From assembly GCA_965195285.1 (NCBI GenBank), contig CBDAFS010000007.1, positions 1-64,000 on the forward strand: 64,000 bases of DNA. The letters are read 5' to 3'. Shown here piece after piece: positions 1 to 9,925 of this stretch; positions within the stretch are counted from its first letter, which is position 1, and every line of letters begins with the position of its first letter. This stretch comes from an uncultured Aminicenantes bacterium. GTDB taxonomy: Bacteria; Acidobacteriota; Aminicenantia; UBA2199. The translations under genes were made by a program, and so were the position numbers. Below the pieces are notes generated by a model that saw nothing but the letters and a program-made list of their open reading frames with translations, did not search any database and was not told where the DNA came from.

Positions 1-232
1 AATCATCAACACCTGAAACAAGGGAAGAAAATGCCCCCGGATATTTTAGTAGAGGATTTAATTCTTCCACATAATCAGTTTTTACCAGGTTCATGACCTC
101 GGAAAATAGAAATAAATATTTATCATCACCAGGGGATTCAGAAATGTTACGGAAAAATTTAAAGCCGCCGAAATAAAAGAAAAAAAATAGTATTAAGAAA
201 CCAAAAAATAAAATATTAATATTCTTTTTCAT
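1..232 (-). CDS. S41 family carboxy-terminal processing protease (CtpA-like), N-terminal part; runs off the window edge
   Basis: Manual translation from ATG at 232 gives MKKNINILFFGFLILFFFFYFGG...YLFLFSEVMNLVKTDYVEELNPLLKYPGAFSSLVSGVDD: a hydrophobic anchor followed by the F.EV...V...YVE...GA pattern of CtpA N-termini. It lies downstream of an EnvC-like M23 gene, a common pairing. Confidence 0.65.
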   Translation of the reverse strand, partial: MKKNINILFFGFLILFFFFYFGGFKFFRNISESPGDDKYLFLFSEVMNLVKTDYVEELNPLLKYPGAFSSLVSGVDD

Positions 233-317
233 AATAAGTAACATATTTTATCATCATTTATTGAAAATCCGCAAGTAATGCAATTAACTCTATTGAAATC
301 TTTCAGGATGGAAATAT

Positions 318-1442
318 TTATTTGGTCTTTGTGCTTAAAAACCAGTTTAGGGGATCTTGTGATTTAAGATCTTTTCTGATTTCAAAATGAAGGGACTTTC
401 CATAGATTGAACCTGTGTCACCTACCAGGGCTATGGTTTCTCCCTCCTTAACTTTATCACCGGGCTTTTTTAAAAATTTCTCGCAATGACCGTATAGGGA
501 ATGAAAATTTTTTGCATGCTCAATAATCATTAGATTGCCATACCCACCCATGAAATAGTCCGCATAAATAACTTCACCAAAATATATTGCTTTCACCTCA
601 TCAGAAACGGAAGGCCTGATTTTTATTCCATTATTAAAAACATAGGTATTGAATCGGGTACTCTTTTTACGCCCAAAAAATGAGATGATCTTCCCATCAA
701 CCGGCCAGATCAGTTTTCCTTTCAATCTATCCACATCAATGATTCGTAATTCCTCTATGGTTCCTCTTTTATATAGAAGCTGATTGAGCCTTTCCGCATC
801 GTATTTCAATTCATCCAAAAGCCTTAAATGGTTAGATTTATCCTGGTTAATGACAGATATTAATTGAATTTTTTCAGCTTTTATGCTTTTCATTCTCAAT
901 AATTTACTGTTCTTTATTTTCTTTAAATTAAGTATGTTTGAATATTCAACTTTTAAATCATTTTTCAAGGCTTCAACTTTCAGAATTTTCTGTTTCACCA
1001 AATTAATGGCAGTTATATTATAATTAATTAAGATAACCAGATATTGATAATTCTTAAATAACTGGTCCAGATTATTAATTTTGGTAAAAATTTTTAAATA
1101 AGCGTTGGTACCTATTTTGTAAAGAATCCGGATCATTTTCTTTATGTCATCTTTGGACTTCTCAATATCCCACTCCAATCTCTTTTTACGCTGTTCCATA
1201 TTACTTATTTTCTGGCGAGTTCTTCTGAGCTGGAGGTCGATTTTATTGCCTTCAATTTTTTCCTTCTCAAAGCGAAGCTCTATTTCATAAATCTCATTCA
1301 GAATTGAACCTTTCTCTTTTTTCAATTCTTCAAGTTTCTGCTTGATTTCTTGAATCCGATCATTGATCTCTTTTAATTTATTTTCATTGGCCACAGCCAA
1401 AGCGACACAACATAAAAGGATTATGGTAAAAATATTTTTCAT
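318..1442 (-). CDS. EnvC-like murein hydrolase activator / M23 peptidase with N-terminal coiled coil
   Basis: Signal peptide, long coiled coil, and C-terminal LytM domain (WPVDG...NNGIKI...GYGNLMIIEH...YGHC...GDTG...LHFEIR). The HxxxD motif is degenerate, as in EnvC. Confidence 0.85.
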   Translation of the reverse strand: MKNIFTIILLCCVALAVANENKLKEINDRIQEIKQKLEELKKEKGSILNEIYEIELRFEKEKIEGNKIDLQLRRTRQKISNMEQRKKRLEWDIEKSKDDIKKMIRILYKIGTNAYLKIFTKINNLDQLFKNYQYLVILINYNITAINLVKQKILKVEALKNDLKVEYSNILNLKKIKNSKLLRMKSIKAEKIQLISVINQDKSNHLRLLDELKYDAERLNQLLYKRGTIEELRIIDVDRLKGKLIWPVDGKIISFFGRKKSTRFNTYVFNNGIKIRPSVSDEVKAIYFGEVIYADYFMGGYGNLMIIEHAKNFHSLYGHCEKFLKKPGDKVKEGETIALVGDTGSIYGKSLHFEIRKDLKSQDPLNWFLSTKTK

Positions 1443-2326
1443 TGTTGTTCTCTGGGATGATATTGTTTATACACTTTCAACAAGTCAGAAAAATTTAGAG
1501 TTGTATATTTCTCGGTTGTAGACAAATTTGAATGACCCAGTAGTTCCTGAATAACTCGAAGATTTGCACCTTTCTGCAACAGGTGGGTGGCAAATGAATG
1601 TCGAAAAAGATGAGGGTAAACATGCTTATCGGAATCCATCACCTGTTTGAAGGATTCCTGTAAAATTCTCTCTACTGATCGATCAGTAATTTTATTTCCC
1701 CTGGTATTGATAAACACATACTCCTTGGTAATCTTGAATTTCAGATTTGATTCCCGATTGAATCTCTGAAGAGCATCTCTGGCGGTTTCATTAAAGGGAA
1801 CAATTCTCTCCTTTTTCCCTTTTCCCATAACCCTCAACAATCTATTTTCAAAATCAATATCAGTTAACTTCAAATTGGTAAGCTCTGAAATTCTCATTCC
1901 AGTTGCATATAGAAGCTCAAATATGGCTTTATTTCTCAATTCAATAAAGTTTTTTTTTGGCAAGCGATCCAGAAATTTATTCATTTCTGATATGGTCAAT
2001 ATTTCTGGTATTTTTCTATCAATCTTCGGTGTATTAATGCCATCGAAGGGATTCTTTTCAATTCCTCCATTTTTTAAAACAAAAGAATAAAAAGATTTCA
2101 GGGCATAGATTTTTCTGGCAACGGTTGACTTATTCCTGGATTGAATAAATATTTTTGATATATAGTCCCTTATATCCTCTCTATCAATCAACAACTTTTC
2201 TTTTTCCATATGTTTAAAAAACTGGGCTATATCTTGCTGATATGCCTTTATGGTATTGGCTGAAAATTTTTTTATATCTCTCAAATAACTGATATAATTA
2301 TCTAAATATTGCTCTGCTTTATCCAT
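1439..2326 (-). CDS. xerC: Tyrosine recombinase XerC/XerD family
   Basis: LLYATGMRISEL, GKGKKER, HLFRHSFATHLL, LLGH...TEKY catalytic motifs; located in the dprA-topA-trmFO-xerC cluster. Confidence 0.85.
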   Translation of the reverse strand: MDKAEQYLDNYISYLRDIKKFSANTIKAYQQDIAQFFKHMEKEKLLIDREDIRDYISKIFIQSRNKSTVARKIYALKSFYSFVLKNGGIEKNPFDGINTPKIDRKIPEILTISEMNKFLDRLPKKNFIELRNKAIFELLYATGMRISELTNLKLTDIDFENRLLRVMGKGKKERIVPFNETARDALQRFNRESNLKFKITKEYVFINTRGNKITDRSVERILQESFKQVMDSDKHVYPHLFRHSFATHLLQKGANLRVIQELLGHSNLSTTEKYTTLNFSDLLKVYKQYHPREQQ

Positions 2327-3648
2327 TTTCTCAAATTTTCAAGAGCTAAAGCTGTTTTTATTTCCTTTTTTTCCCGCTTATTCAATTTTTGACGGTTTCT
2401 CCCCTCTAAAGATGGTTTCATTTTTTGTATTTCCGGTAATAATCCAAAAGTAAATTTGGTGGGTTTGAAATTCTTCCAGCTTGACCGGGTGATATATTGA
2501 ATTAGAGCCCCGCAAGCAGTGGCTTCAGGCAATTCTATCAGGGATTGGCCTAACATTTTTTTTGCAGCAAATATCCCGGCTATCAATCCAGAACAAACTG
2601 ATTCCATATATCCCTCAACCCCGCATATTTGACCGGCAAAACTTACATTCTCCCTGGTTTTACATTGAAAAAACGAATCAATCACCAGTGGGGCATTGAT
2701 GTAGGTATTTCTATGCATTCTACCATATCGTTCAAACTGAGCCTTTTCAAGCCCTGGAAATTTTCGAAATATCCGCTTCTGCTCAGTCTGTTTCAGGCGA
2801 GTTTGAAATCCAACCAGCTGATAAAAATCATTTTTTAGATCATCCTGTCGAAGCTGAACCACTGCATGCGGTAATTGATTGGTTTTCGGATTTTTCAAAC
2901 CAACAGGTTTCAGGGTTCCGAAAGCAAGTGTTTTATCACCCCGGCAAGCAATTTCTTCAACCGGCAAACAGGGATCAAAAAATATTCTTTTCTCAAAATC
3001 TTTTTCTTCAACTTTCTCTGCATTTTTGAGCTCGTTCACAAAAAGAGTATACTGTTCTTCAGTTAGCGGAATATTGATAAAATCAGCATTACCTTTATTA
3101 TATCGAGAAGCACGATAAACCTTTGAAAAATCAATTGAATCAGACCTGACAATTGGACTGGTCGCATCAAAAAAAAACAAATTTTTTCTCATGGTCAATC
3201 GCGTTAACGAATGAGAAAAATCGGGGCTGGTAAGAGGACCAGTAGCAATAATGATCACCCCATCAAGATGATCAAGGTCCTTAATCTCCTGTCTGATGAG
3301 ATTGATCCCAGCCACAGCCTCAATTTCAGTGGAAATCTGTTCAGCCAATTTAATACGATCAACCGAGAAACTATTGCCCGCTGGTACTCGGTTTTCTTCA
3401 GCTATTTTTAAAAAGAAAGAGTCTAATAACTTCAATTCCTGTTTTAATAAACCCGAGGCCGTAGTGAGTTCTGTTGCGCCCAGTGAATTTGAACATACCA
3501 TTTCTCCATAGAGACCTGTTTGATGGGCTTCGGTCATAACCAAAGGCCGCATTTCGAACAGATCAACTTCAATGTTTCTCTTGGCGATCTGAAAAGCAGC
3601 TTCTACTCCTGCCAGTCCCCCTCCAATGATGGAAACTTTTCTATTCAT
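2302..3648 (-). CDS. trmFO: Folate-dependent tRNA m5U54 methyltransferase TrmFO (Gid)
   Basis: IIGGGLAGVEAA, EMRP, EMVCSNSLG, IIATGPLTS, VVQLRQD, MHRNTYIN, AGQICGVEGY. The start is moved to the ATG at 3648, which overlaps the topA end. Confidence 0.93.
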   Translation of the reverse strand: MNRKVSIIGGGLAGVEAAFQIAKRNIEVDLFEMRPLVMTEAHQTGLYGEMVCSNSLGATELTTASGLLKQELKLLDSFFLKIAEENRVPAGNSFSVDRIKLAEQISTEIEAVAGINLIRQEIKDLDHLDGVIIIATGPLTSPDFSHSLTRLTMRKNLFFFDATSPIVRSDSIDFSKVYRASRYNKGNADFINIPLTEEQYTLFVNELKNAEKVEEKDFEKRIFFDPCLPVEEIACRGDKTLAFGTLKPVGLKNPKTNQLPHAVVQLRQDDLKNDFYQLVGFQTRLKQTEQKRIFRKFPGLEKAQFERYGRMHRNTYINAPLVIDSFFQCKTRENVSFAGQICGVEGYMESVCSGLIAGIFAAKKMLGQSLIELPEATACGALIQYITRSSWKNFKPTKFTFGLLPEIQKMKPSLEGRNRQKLNKREKKEIKTALALENLRKWIKQSNI

Positions 3649-5752
3649 TCTTTGTTTTTTTTTCAATATACTTACAGTCAGGATATCCGGTACAGCCAAT
3701 GAAATACCTTCTGGTTTTCCTGGAAAACTTTTTGGTTAATGGCCTATCACATTGTGGACAATTGCCCAAGTCTTCTTTCACGGTTTCAATGTAATTGCAT
3801 CGAGGATAACCAGAACAACCAATGAAGTAATTTCGGGTTTTTGACGAATATCTTTTTATAAGGGGTTGTCCACATTCGGGTCGTGGGCATTTCATATCCA
3901 ATATTTCCTCTGTCTTCACGGTTTTTTCTTCACTATTTATCCGCTCAGTATATTTGCATGCCGGATACCCGGTACAGCCGACAAACCAACCTTTGGTCTT
4001 GTATGAATATTTTAAAAGCAATTCTTTCCCACATTTCGGACATTTTTTTTCCAAATACAGGTCAGATTTTTTCAAATCCTTAACACTCTCTAGTTCAAAC
4101 GCCAGCTTTTTATAATACCGGTCTATTCCTTCGATCCAGTCCAATTTTCCCTCGGACACCAAATCTAACTGGGTCTCCAGTTCAGCAGTAAAATTATAAT
4201 TCATCAAATCCTTAAACTTTTTCTCCAAAAACACAACCACATTCCAACCCAGTAGGGTGGGAACAAATTTTCTGTCCTCACGGAAAACATATTCTCTTTT
4301 CCCCAGTGTATCAATAATTTTCGCATAAGTAGAAGGCCTTCCGATTCCTTTATCTTCCAAGGTTTTAACCAACGTGGCTTCCGTATATCGGGCCGGTGGT
4401 TTGGTGAAATTCTGTTTGGGTATTAATTGAATCAAAGACAGCTCTTCCCCTTCCTTCAGGTCAGGTAATTCCAAAGCATTATTCTGATTGCCCATTATCT
4501 CAAAAAATCCAGGAAATTTAACAATTTCCCCTGATATCAAGAAAACATATTTTCCATTTTCAATGACATATTGGGTAACTTCGATTCTGGCTTCCTTCAT
4601 TTGGGAAGCTAAAAATCGATTCCAAATTAGTCTATATATTTGAAATTGGGCGTCACTCAAAAACTGTTTTAGCGAATCTGGTTTTCTGAGTGGCAATGTC
4701 GGTCTGATGGCTTCGTGAGCATCTTGACTTTTTGTCTTTTTTCCAAACAAATAGGGTTTCTCAGGATAAAGATCGCTTCCAATCTCTGAGGTAATAAACT
4801 TCTTGGCAGCCACTCGGGCATCATTAGCAATTCGGTATGAATCCGTTCTCATATAAGTAATCAGACCAAATCGTTCCCCGTCTATCAAGGACAGTCCCTC
4901 ATATAATTCTTGAGCAACTTTCATTGCTTTTTTGACCGGGAATTTAAACTGCTTGTAGGCTTCCTGCTGAAGTGTTGAGGTAATCAGCGGAGGTAAGGGT
5001 CTGGTTTTTTTTATCCGCTTTTTTATGCTTGTAAGAATAAATTTCTCAGCTTTCAGATTTTCCAGTATTTCATCACTTTGGTTCTTATTGGAGATTTTTA
5101 GTTTTTTCCCCTCATACTTTTCCAATTTTACTTCTATTTGCGGCTTTTTACTTCCTTCCAATTTGGCAATAATAGACCAAAACTCTTTAGAAACAAATTC
5201 CATAATGCTTTTTTCTCGTTCAACAATTAACTTCAAAGTAATGGACTGCACACGACCGGCAGATAAGGGGCCTCCCATTTTTTTTTGTAATACAGGGCTG
5301 ATTTTATATCCTGCCAAACGGTCCAGTACTCTCCGCATCTGTTGGGAATTGACCTTATCCTGATCAATCTCAGCTGGATTTTTCAGGGCATCTAATATTG
5401 CTCCCGGAGTAATTTCATAAAAAATAATCCGGTAAATATTTTCATTGCTATGTTTCAGTATTTCTCTCAAGTGAAAAGCAATGGCCTCTCCCTCACGGTC
5501 AGGATCCGGGGCCAGCAAAACCATTTCACTTTTTTTTGAAAGACTCTTCAGTTTTTGAATAATCTGTTTTTTTTCCTTTAGTTCCTCATAATGAGGGCGA
5601 TAGTTGTCATCAACATCAATACTGAGAATATTGGGGTTCAAATCACGTACATGTCCCATTGATGAACTCACCACAAAATCATCACCCAAATATTTGGAAA
5701 TGGTATTGGATTTGGCCGGTGATTCCACAATAACCAGTTTTTGCTTTTTCAT
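3641..5752 (-). CDS. topA: DNA topoisomerase I
   Basis: LVIVESPAK, DPDREGEAIA, SAGRVQS, LITYMRTDS, AHEAIRPT, GIGRPSTY; three C-terminal C4 zinc ribbons. Confidence 0.97.
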   Translation of the reverse strand: MKKQKLVIVESPAKSNTISKYLGDDFVVSSSMGHVRDLNPNILSIDVDDNYRPHYEELKEKKQIIQKLKSLSKKSEMVLLAPDPDREGEAIAFHLREILKHSNENIYRIIFYEITPGAILDALKNPAEIDQDKVNSQQMRRVLDRLAGYKISPVLQKKMGGPLSAGRVQSITLKLIVEREKSIMEFVSKEFWSIIAKLEGSKKPQIEVKLEKYEGKKLKISNKNQSDEILENLKAEKFILTSIKKRIKKTRPLPPLITSTLQQEAYKQFKFPVKKAMKVAQELYEGLSLIDGERFGLITYMRTDSYRIANDARVAAKKFITSEIGSDLYPEKPYLFGKKTKSQDAHEAIRPTLPLRKPDSLKQFLSDAQFQIYRLIWNRFLASQMKEARIEVTQYVIENGKYVFLISGEIVKFPGFFEIMGNQNNALELPDLKEGEELSLIQLIPKQNFTKPPARYTEATLVKTLEDKGIGRPSTYAKIIDTLGKREYVFREDRKFVPTLLGWNVVVFLEKKFKDLMNYNFTAELETQLDLVSEGKLDWIEGIDRYYKKLAFELESVKDLKKSDLYLEKKCPKCGKELLLKYSYKTKGWFVGCTGYPACKYTERINSEEKTVKTEEILDMKCPRPECGQPLIKRYSSKTRNYFIGCSGYPRCNYIETVKEDLGNCPQCDRPLTKKFSRKTRRYFIGCTGYPDCKYIEKKTKNE

Positions 5753-6834
5753 AATAACTTTTTATAGCCTCCTTCTTCCTGAATAATAATTTTCTTCAAA
5801 ACCAAACCCATCAATAATGAAATAATCTCGGATACTGAAAAATCCAGTTGCTCAACAAAATAATCTATATTTTTTACCTCATTTATATCCAATAAGTCAA
5901 GCATTATTTTTTCTTTCGATGATAAATTCTTAATTTCCTGATTTTCTTTGCATTTGTACTCAATACCGTATTCCTCAAAAATATCCTGTGAACAGCGAAT
6001 TAATTTGGCACCCTGCAAAATTAGATCATTGGTCCCCTGACTGAGGGTAGAATCAATGGGACCTGGAATAGCAAACACATCTCTATTTTGCTCCAGGGCC
6101 AATCTGGCAGTAACCAGAGAACCACTTTTTAGAGCGGCTTCAATCACCAGGACTGCTCTCGCCATGCCTGCTATTATTCTGTTTCGAATGGGGAAAAAAA
6201 ATGGCCTGGGAAAAGTGTTTAGGGGGAATTCAGAAATGATACAACCATGATTGATTATTTCACTGATCAGAGATCGATTCCCTGAAGGATAAATATGAAA
6301 CAAACCACCGGCATTAACGCCAATGGTCTTCCCACCTTCCCTCATTGCCATTCGGTGAGACCAGGAATCAATACCATAAGCCATCCCGGAAACAATGGTA
6401 AGTCCTGCACGAGATAGATCCGGAACCACACGCCCAAGAGCTTTTCGCCCATAAGCCGTTGCTTTTCTGGACCCCACAATAGCAATCTTTGGAGTATCCA
6501 AAACCAGTTTGTCACCTTTAACATATATATATTCCGGAGGATCAAAAATTTCCGATAATAAACTGGGATAAAAATCTTCTTCTCTAAAGATAATTTCAAT
6601 TCCGTTTTTTTGACACTGTTGAATTTCTCGTTCTGCAATCTCCTGATAGTTAAATTTCAAATCTTTGATTTCAATTGGAGAAAATCCCAAGAGATTCAAT
6701 TGGTGATTCTCCATCTCAAATAAATCCGCTAAATTGATATGTTTCTTTTTTAATCTATACTTGATCCTGTGGTTTTTAAAGGTAATCAGATGAACCGCAA
6801 TTTTTTGAAAATGCTTATCCTCAACAGACTTCAT
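5749..6834 (-). CDS. dprA: DNA-processing protein DprA/Smf
   Basis: IAIVGSR, IVSGMAYGID, FPIRNRIIAG, EAALKSGSLVTA, GTNDLILQGA; directly upstream of topA. Confidence 0.95.
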   Translation of the reverse strand: MKSVEDKHFQKIAVHLITFKNHRIKYRLKKKHINLADLFEMENHQLNLLGFSPIEIKDLKFNYQEIAEREIQQCQKNGIEIIFREEDFYPSLLSEIFDPPEYIYVKGDKLVLDTPKIAIVGSRKATAYGRKALGRVVPDLSRAGLTIVSGMAYGIDSWSHRMAMREGGKTIGVNAGGLFHIYPSGNRSLISEIINHGCIISEFPLNTFPRPFFFPIRNRIIAGMARAVLVIEAALKSGSLVTARLALEQNRDVFAIPGPIDSTLSQGTNDLILQGAKLIRCSQDIFEEYGIEYKCKENQEIKNLSSKEKIMLDLLDINEVKNIDYFVEQLDFSVSEIISLLMGLVLKKIIIQEEGGYKKLL

Positions 6835-6858
6835 GGATCTAAAAATGTGATCGGGGTG

Positions 6859-7743
6859 TTAAGATATAGTATATGAAGATGGCAAAATGAGTAATGGAAT
6901 TTCGGAGGCCATCAATACTTTTTCAGTAACACTTCCCAGAAATAATTTTTCAATCCCCTTTCTTTGATGGGAAGTCATCACCATTAAATCTACTTTTTCC
7001 CTTTTGGAAATTTCAATGATTTTAAGTGCAGCTTCCCCGATATCATAAAAAAATTTATCAATCTTGAAGTTCAACGCTTTGGCTACATTTGATATTTTCT
7101 CACTAATCAGATTTGCCAGCTTGTCTTTCTCGAGTATTGGAACCTTGTAATTAAAAAATTCTGAAACATGAGCAACATAAAGTCGAGCTTTGAGTCGCTT
7201 GGCCAAAATAATTGAATATTTTAATTCCGATAAATTAAAATCATTTAAATCAACCGGTGCCAAAATTGTTGAAACTATTGCATTTCGTTTGCTCTTGGGG
7301 ACAACAAAAACCGGAACATTAGAGTTTCTGATTAATCTGGATGTCGTTGATCCCACCAAAATTTGCTCCAATTCAGAAATACCCCTCCTGCCGGCAAATA
7401 TGATATCAATTCCATTTGAATCGGCAAAATGGATTATCTCCTCACTGGCAACTCCCTCGATGACATTAGCTTTGAAATTAAGCTTGTAACTTGAATTGTA
7501 ATTCAGTATTTTGGAAATGGATTTTTTCTTTGTTTTTTCTACTTCATTATGAAGATCCTCGATGGAAAAAAAAGCAGCTTCGTAAACCCAATCTGAAAAT
7601 TTCGGGAGTACATAAAGTGCATAATTTTTTACTTTTATAGTCTCTGAAAAAAATTTTATATAAGGCAAACACAATTTGCTTTCATTGGAAAAATCAGTGG
7701 CCCATAATAATTTATTGATCTTAAAATCGGATTTGGATTTCAT
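6859..7743 (-). CDS. Tandem-domain universal stress protein
   Basis: Two USP domains (LWATDFS...GRRG...LVGSTT; LAPVD...LFLGSVTEKV); start taken at ATG 7743. Confidence 0.9.
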   Translation of the reverse strand: MKSKSDFKINKLLWATDFSNESKLCLPYIKFFSETIKVKNYALYVLPKFSDWVYEAAFFSIEDLHNEVEKTKKKSISKILNYNSSYKLNFKANVIEGVASEEIIHFADSNGIDIIFAGRRGISELEQILVGSTTSRLIRNSNVPVFVVPKSKRNAIVSTILAPVDLNDFNLSELKYSIILAKRLKARLYVAHVSEFFNYKVPILEKDKLANLISEKISNVAKALNFKIDKFFYDIGEAALKIIEISKREKVDLMVMTSHQRKGIEKLFLGSVTEKVLMASEIPLLILPSSYTIS

Positions 7744-7747
7744 CAAA

Positions 7748-8023
7748 TTATCCCTTAACAATTTTTTTTAAATTCTTTGATGGTAAAAACTTGACAATTT
7801 TTTTTGCCGGTATGATCAAGGGCTGCCTGTTGTTGGGGTTAATCACCCTCTTATTTTTTCGCTTGATGACTTTAAAGGTACCAAAATTGGATAAGACGAT
7901 TTTTTTCCCCTGACATAAATTCTCGACCATGATTTCAATCATTAAATCAATAAAATTATATACTTCAAATTTTTTAATCATTAATTCTTTAGCCATTTTT
8001 TCTGAAATCTCTCTTTTATTCAT
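7748..8023 (-). CDS. HU/IHF family nucleoid protein
   Basis: MNKRE...NFGTF...R..INP...IPAKK.VKF.PSKNLK pattern. Confidence 0.9.
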   Translation of the reverse strand: MNKREISEKMAKELMIKKFEVYNFIDLMIEIMVENLCQGKKIVLSNFGTFKVIKRKNKRVINPNNRQPLIIPAKKIVKFLPSKNLKKIVKG

Positions 8024-8205
8024 AATCACTCCTAAAGCCTTTGTTTTACATTCCGCTTGTAAACACAGACCGAATTTGCAATAACATATTAAAAATCAAT
8101 TGTCAAATAAAAGGGCAATATATGAACCTTTTTCGGCATTTGAATAATTATCCTCAATGTGTTGACAAAACGAATCAAACTTTTTATACTTGAGTTGAGG
8201 AAAAA

Positions 8206-8697
8206 ATGGAAAAACCAATCAGCCAACAGGGAAAAAAATACAAAGATTTCTATCAAAATTTACGCGATAAAATCAATCATTGGGCCCGGGAGGACATGTG
8301 TCTTAAAAAAACCGGGAATTGGACTGATAATTTTATCCAGTACCTTCTGATTCTACCGGATATTGTCCACTTATTAATAAAATTACTGCTCGATAAAGAG
8401 ATTTCTTCACTTTATAAAAGTTATATTTTGATTGCCATGGTGTACCTGATATCCCCACTTGACTTTATTCCGGATATAATTCCAATCGTCGGATTTATTG
8501 ATGATTTACTGGTATCGGTCATTATATTAAATAAAATAATCAATTCCAAGGACACAAAAACCATAGGTAAGATCAAGTATTACTGGGCGGGTGATGAAGA
8601 TATTTTCGCCAAGGTAAAAGAAATAATTGCGATTTTGAATGAATTGTCTTCCCGAATTCCCAAAGGCCTTTATAACTTTATAAAAAAGAATAATTAA
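8206..8697 (+). CDS. YkvA/DUF1232 family membrane protein
   Basis: YLISPLDFIPDIIPIVGFIDD signature. Confidence 0.85.
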   Translation: MEKPISQQGKKYKDFYQNLRDKINHWAREDMCLKKTGNWTDNFIQYLLILPDIVHLLIKLLLDKEISSLYKSYILIAMVYLISPLDFIPDIIPIVGFIDDLLVSVIILNKIINSKDTKTIGKIKYYWAGDEDIFAKVKEIIAILNELSSRIPKGLYNFIKKNN

Positions 8698-8706
8698 AAA
8701 AAGGTT

Positions 8707-9117
8707 TTATTTAATTTTATTAAATTTTTCCTGTAAAATATTCTCGATTGAAAGATTGAAGAACTCATTTTCCAAAACTTTCTCCAAATGATCCCAAAGC
8801 GGACGAACCACACAATCTTCAAATAAAGGGCATTTAAATATTTTTAAACAATTGGACAGATTAATATCTTCATCAAAAGCATAAAAAATCATTTTAAGGG
8901 ATATCTCGCGGGGATGTTTCTTTATCCGATAGCCACCATGAATTCCCTGAATACTCTTAATCAAATTTGCTTTTTCCAATGGGCCTGCCAGCTTTCTCAA
9001 GTATTTGGGAGAGACATTCATTGCGGCTCCCACTTCAGCAGTATTGAGAACCCGGTCAGCCTCAGCCAGAAAAACCAGCATTCGTAATCCATATCGAATT
9101 TTTGTGTTGATTTTCAT
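8707..9117 (-). CDS. Rrf2 family transcriptional regulator with three Cys (probable Fe-S ligands)
   Basis: YGLR...SPKYL...SIQGIHGGY wHTH; CLKIFKCPLFEDC cluster. Confidence 0.9.
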   Translation of the reverse strand: MKINTKIRYGLRMLVFLAEADRVLNTAEVGAAMNVSPKYLRKLAGPLEKANLIKSIQGIHGGYRIKKHPREISLKMIFYAFDEDINLSNCLKIFKCPLFEDCVVRPLWDHLEKVLENEFFNLSIENILQEKFNKIK

Positions 9118-9148
9118 AAAAATAATATATGCATTCTAATTATAAATG

Positions 9149-9925
9149 TCAATTACAACTTATATTTAATACCGGGTTTTCTTCATCAACTTCTTCAACT
9201 GCTTGATTCAACAAATGTTTGGCTTTTTCAATACATATCCTTAATTTATCCCCTGAAAAAAGATGAGCAGAGATTGCCGCATTTAGAAACGAACCGGTTC
9301 CATGAATTCTAAATTTTTTAGGGGAGGAATAGAAACGCGAAACTTGACTCTTCTCAAACAAGGTGTCATATATAACTTTTCCTCTTAAATGCCCTCCTTT
9401 AATCAATACATTCTTTACACCATATTCCATTAAAATTCGGGACGCTTTTTGAATATCGGTAAAATTTTGAATTTTTTGTCCGGATAATGCACTGGCTTCT
9501 GGAAGGTTGGGTGTTAGTAAAAAAATATTGTTAAAATGCTTTATTAATCTATTGAATTGGTCCTCCTTGATGAACTGAAAGTCTCCAGAACCAGAAGACA
9601 GTATGGGATCCCAAATGATCTTAATTTTCTCAAACAGGGGAATTACAAATTCTAATATGTCCAATGACCCCAAAAGTCCGATATTCACAATTTGAATATC
9701 ATAGTAATGTTGCAGAATCAAAATCTGCTTTTTTATTGTTTCCAAATCAATTGGAATAAATTCCTTTACCTCAACAGGATTTTGAATCACCAGACAAGTG
9801 ATAACAGAGAGATTGGGAATATGGAGATGTGAACAGATTTTGATATCCGGGCTGATACCCGCCCCACCGGTCCCGTCAAAACCGGCCAGTGTTAAAATTG
9901 CTTTTACAGAAATCTGATTATTCAG
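9149..9925 (-). CDS. thiD: Hydroxymethylpyrimidine/phosphomethylpyrimidine kinase
   Basis: The conserved N-terminal ILTLAGFDGTGGAGI..D lies upstream of the ORF-track start; DPIL, TPNLPEA, LIKGGH and HGTG motifs present. No in-frame ATG/GTG/TTG precedes the N-terminal motif, so CTG 9925 (or ATT 9913) is proposed as the start. Confidence 0.85.
   Translation of the reverse strand: MNNQISVKAILTLAGFDGTGGAGISPDIKICSHLHIPNLSVITCLVIQNPVEVKEFIPIDLETIKKQILILQHYYDIQIVNIGLLGSLDILEFVIPLFEKIKIIWDPILSSGSGDFQFIKEDQFNRLIKHFNNIFLLTPNLPEASALSGQKIQNFTDIQKASRILMEYGVKNVLIKGGHLRGKVIYDTLFEKSQVSRFYSSPKKFRIHGTGSFLNAAISAHLFSGDKLRICIEKAKHLLNQAVEEVDEENPVLNISCN

Noticed and set aside
1439-2326. Tyrosine recombinase as a prophage or island integrase
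   Set aside because: It has XerC/D size and motifs and sits in the housekeeping dprA-topA-trmFO-xerC cluster; no att repeats or phage genes are nearby.
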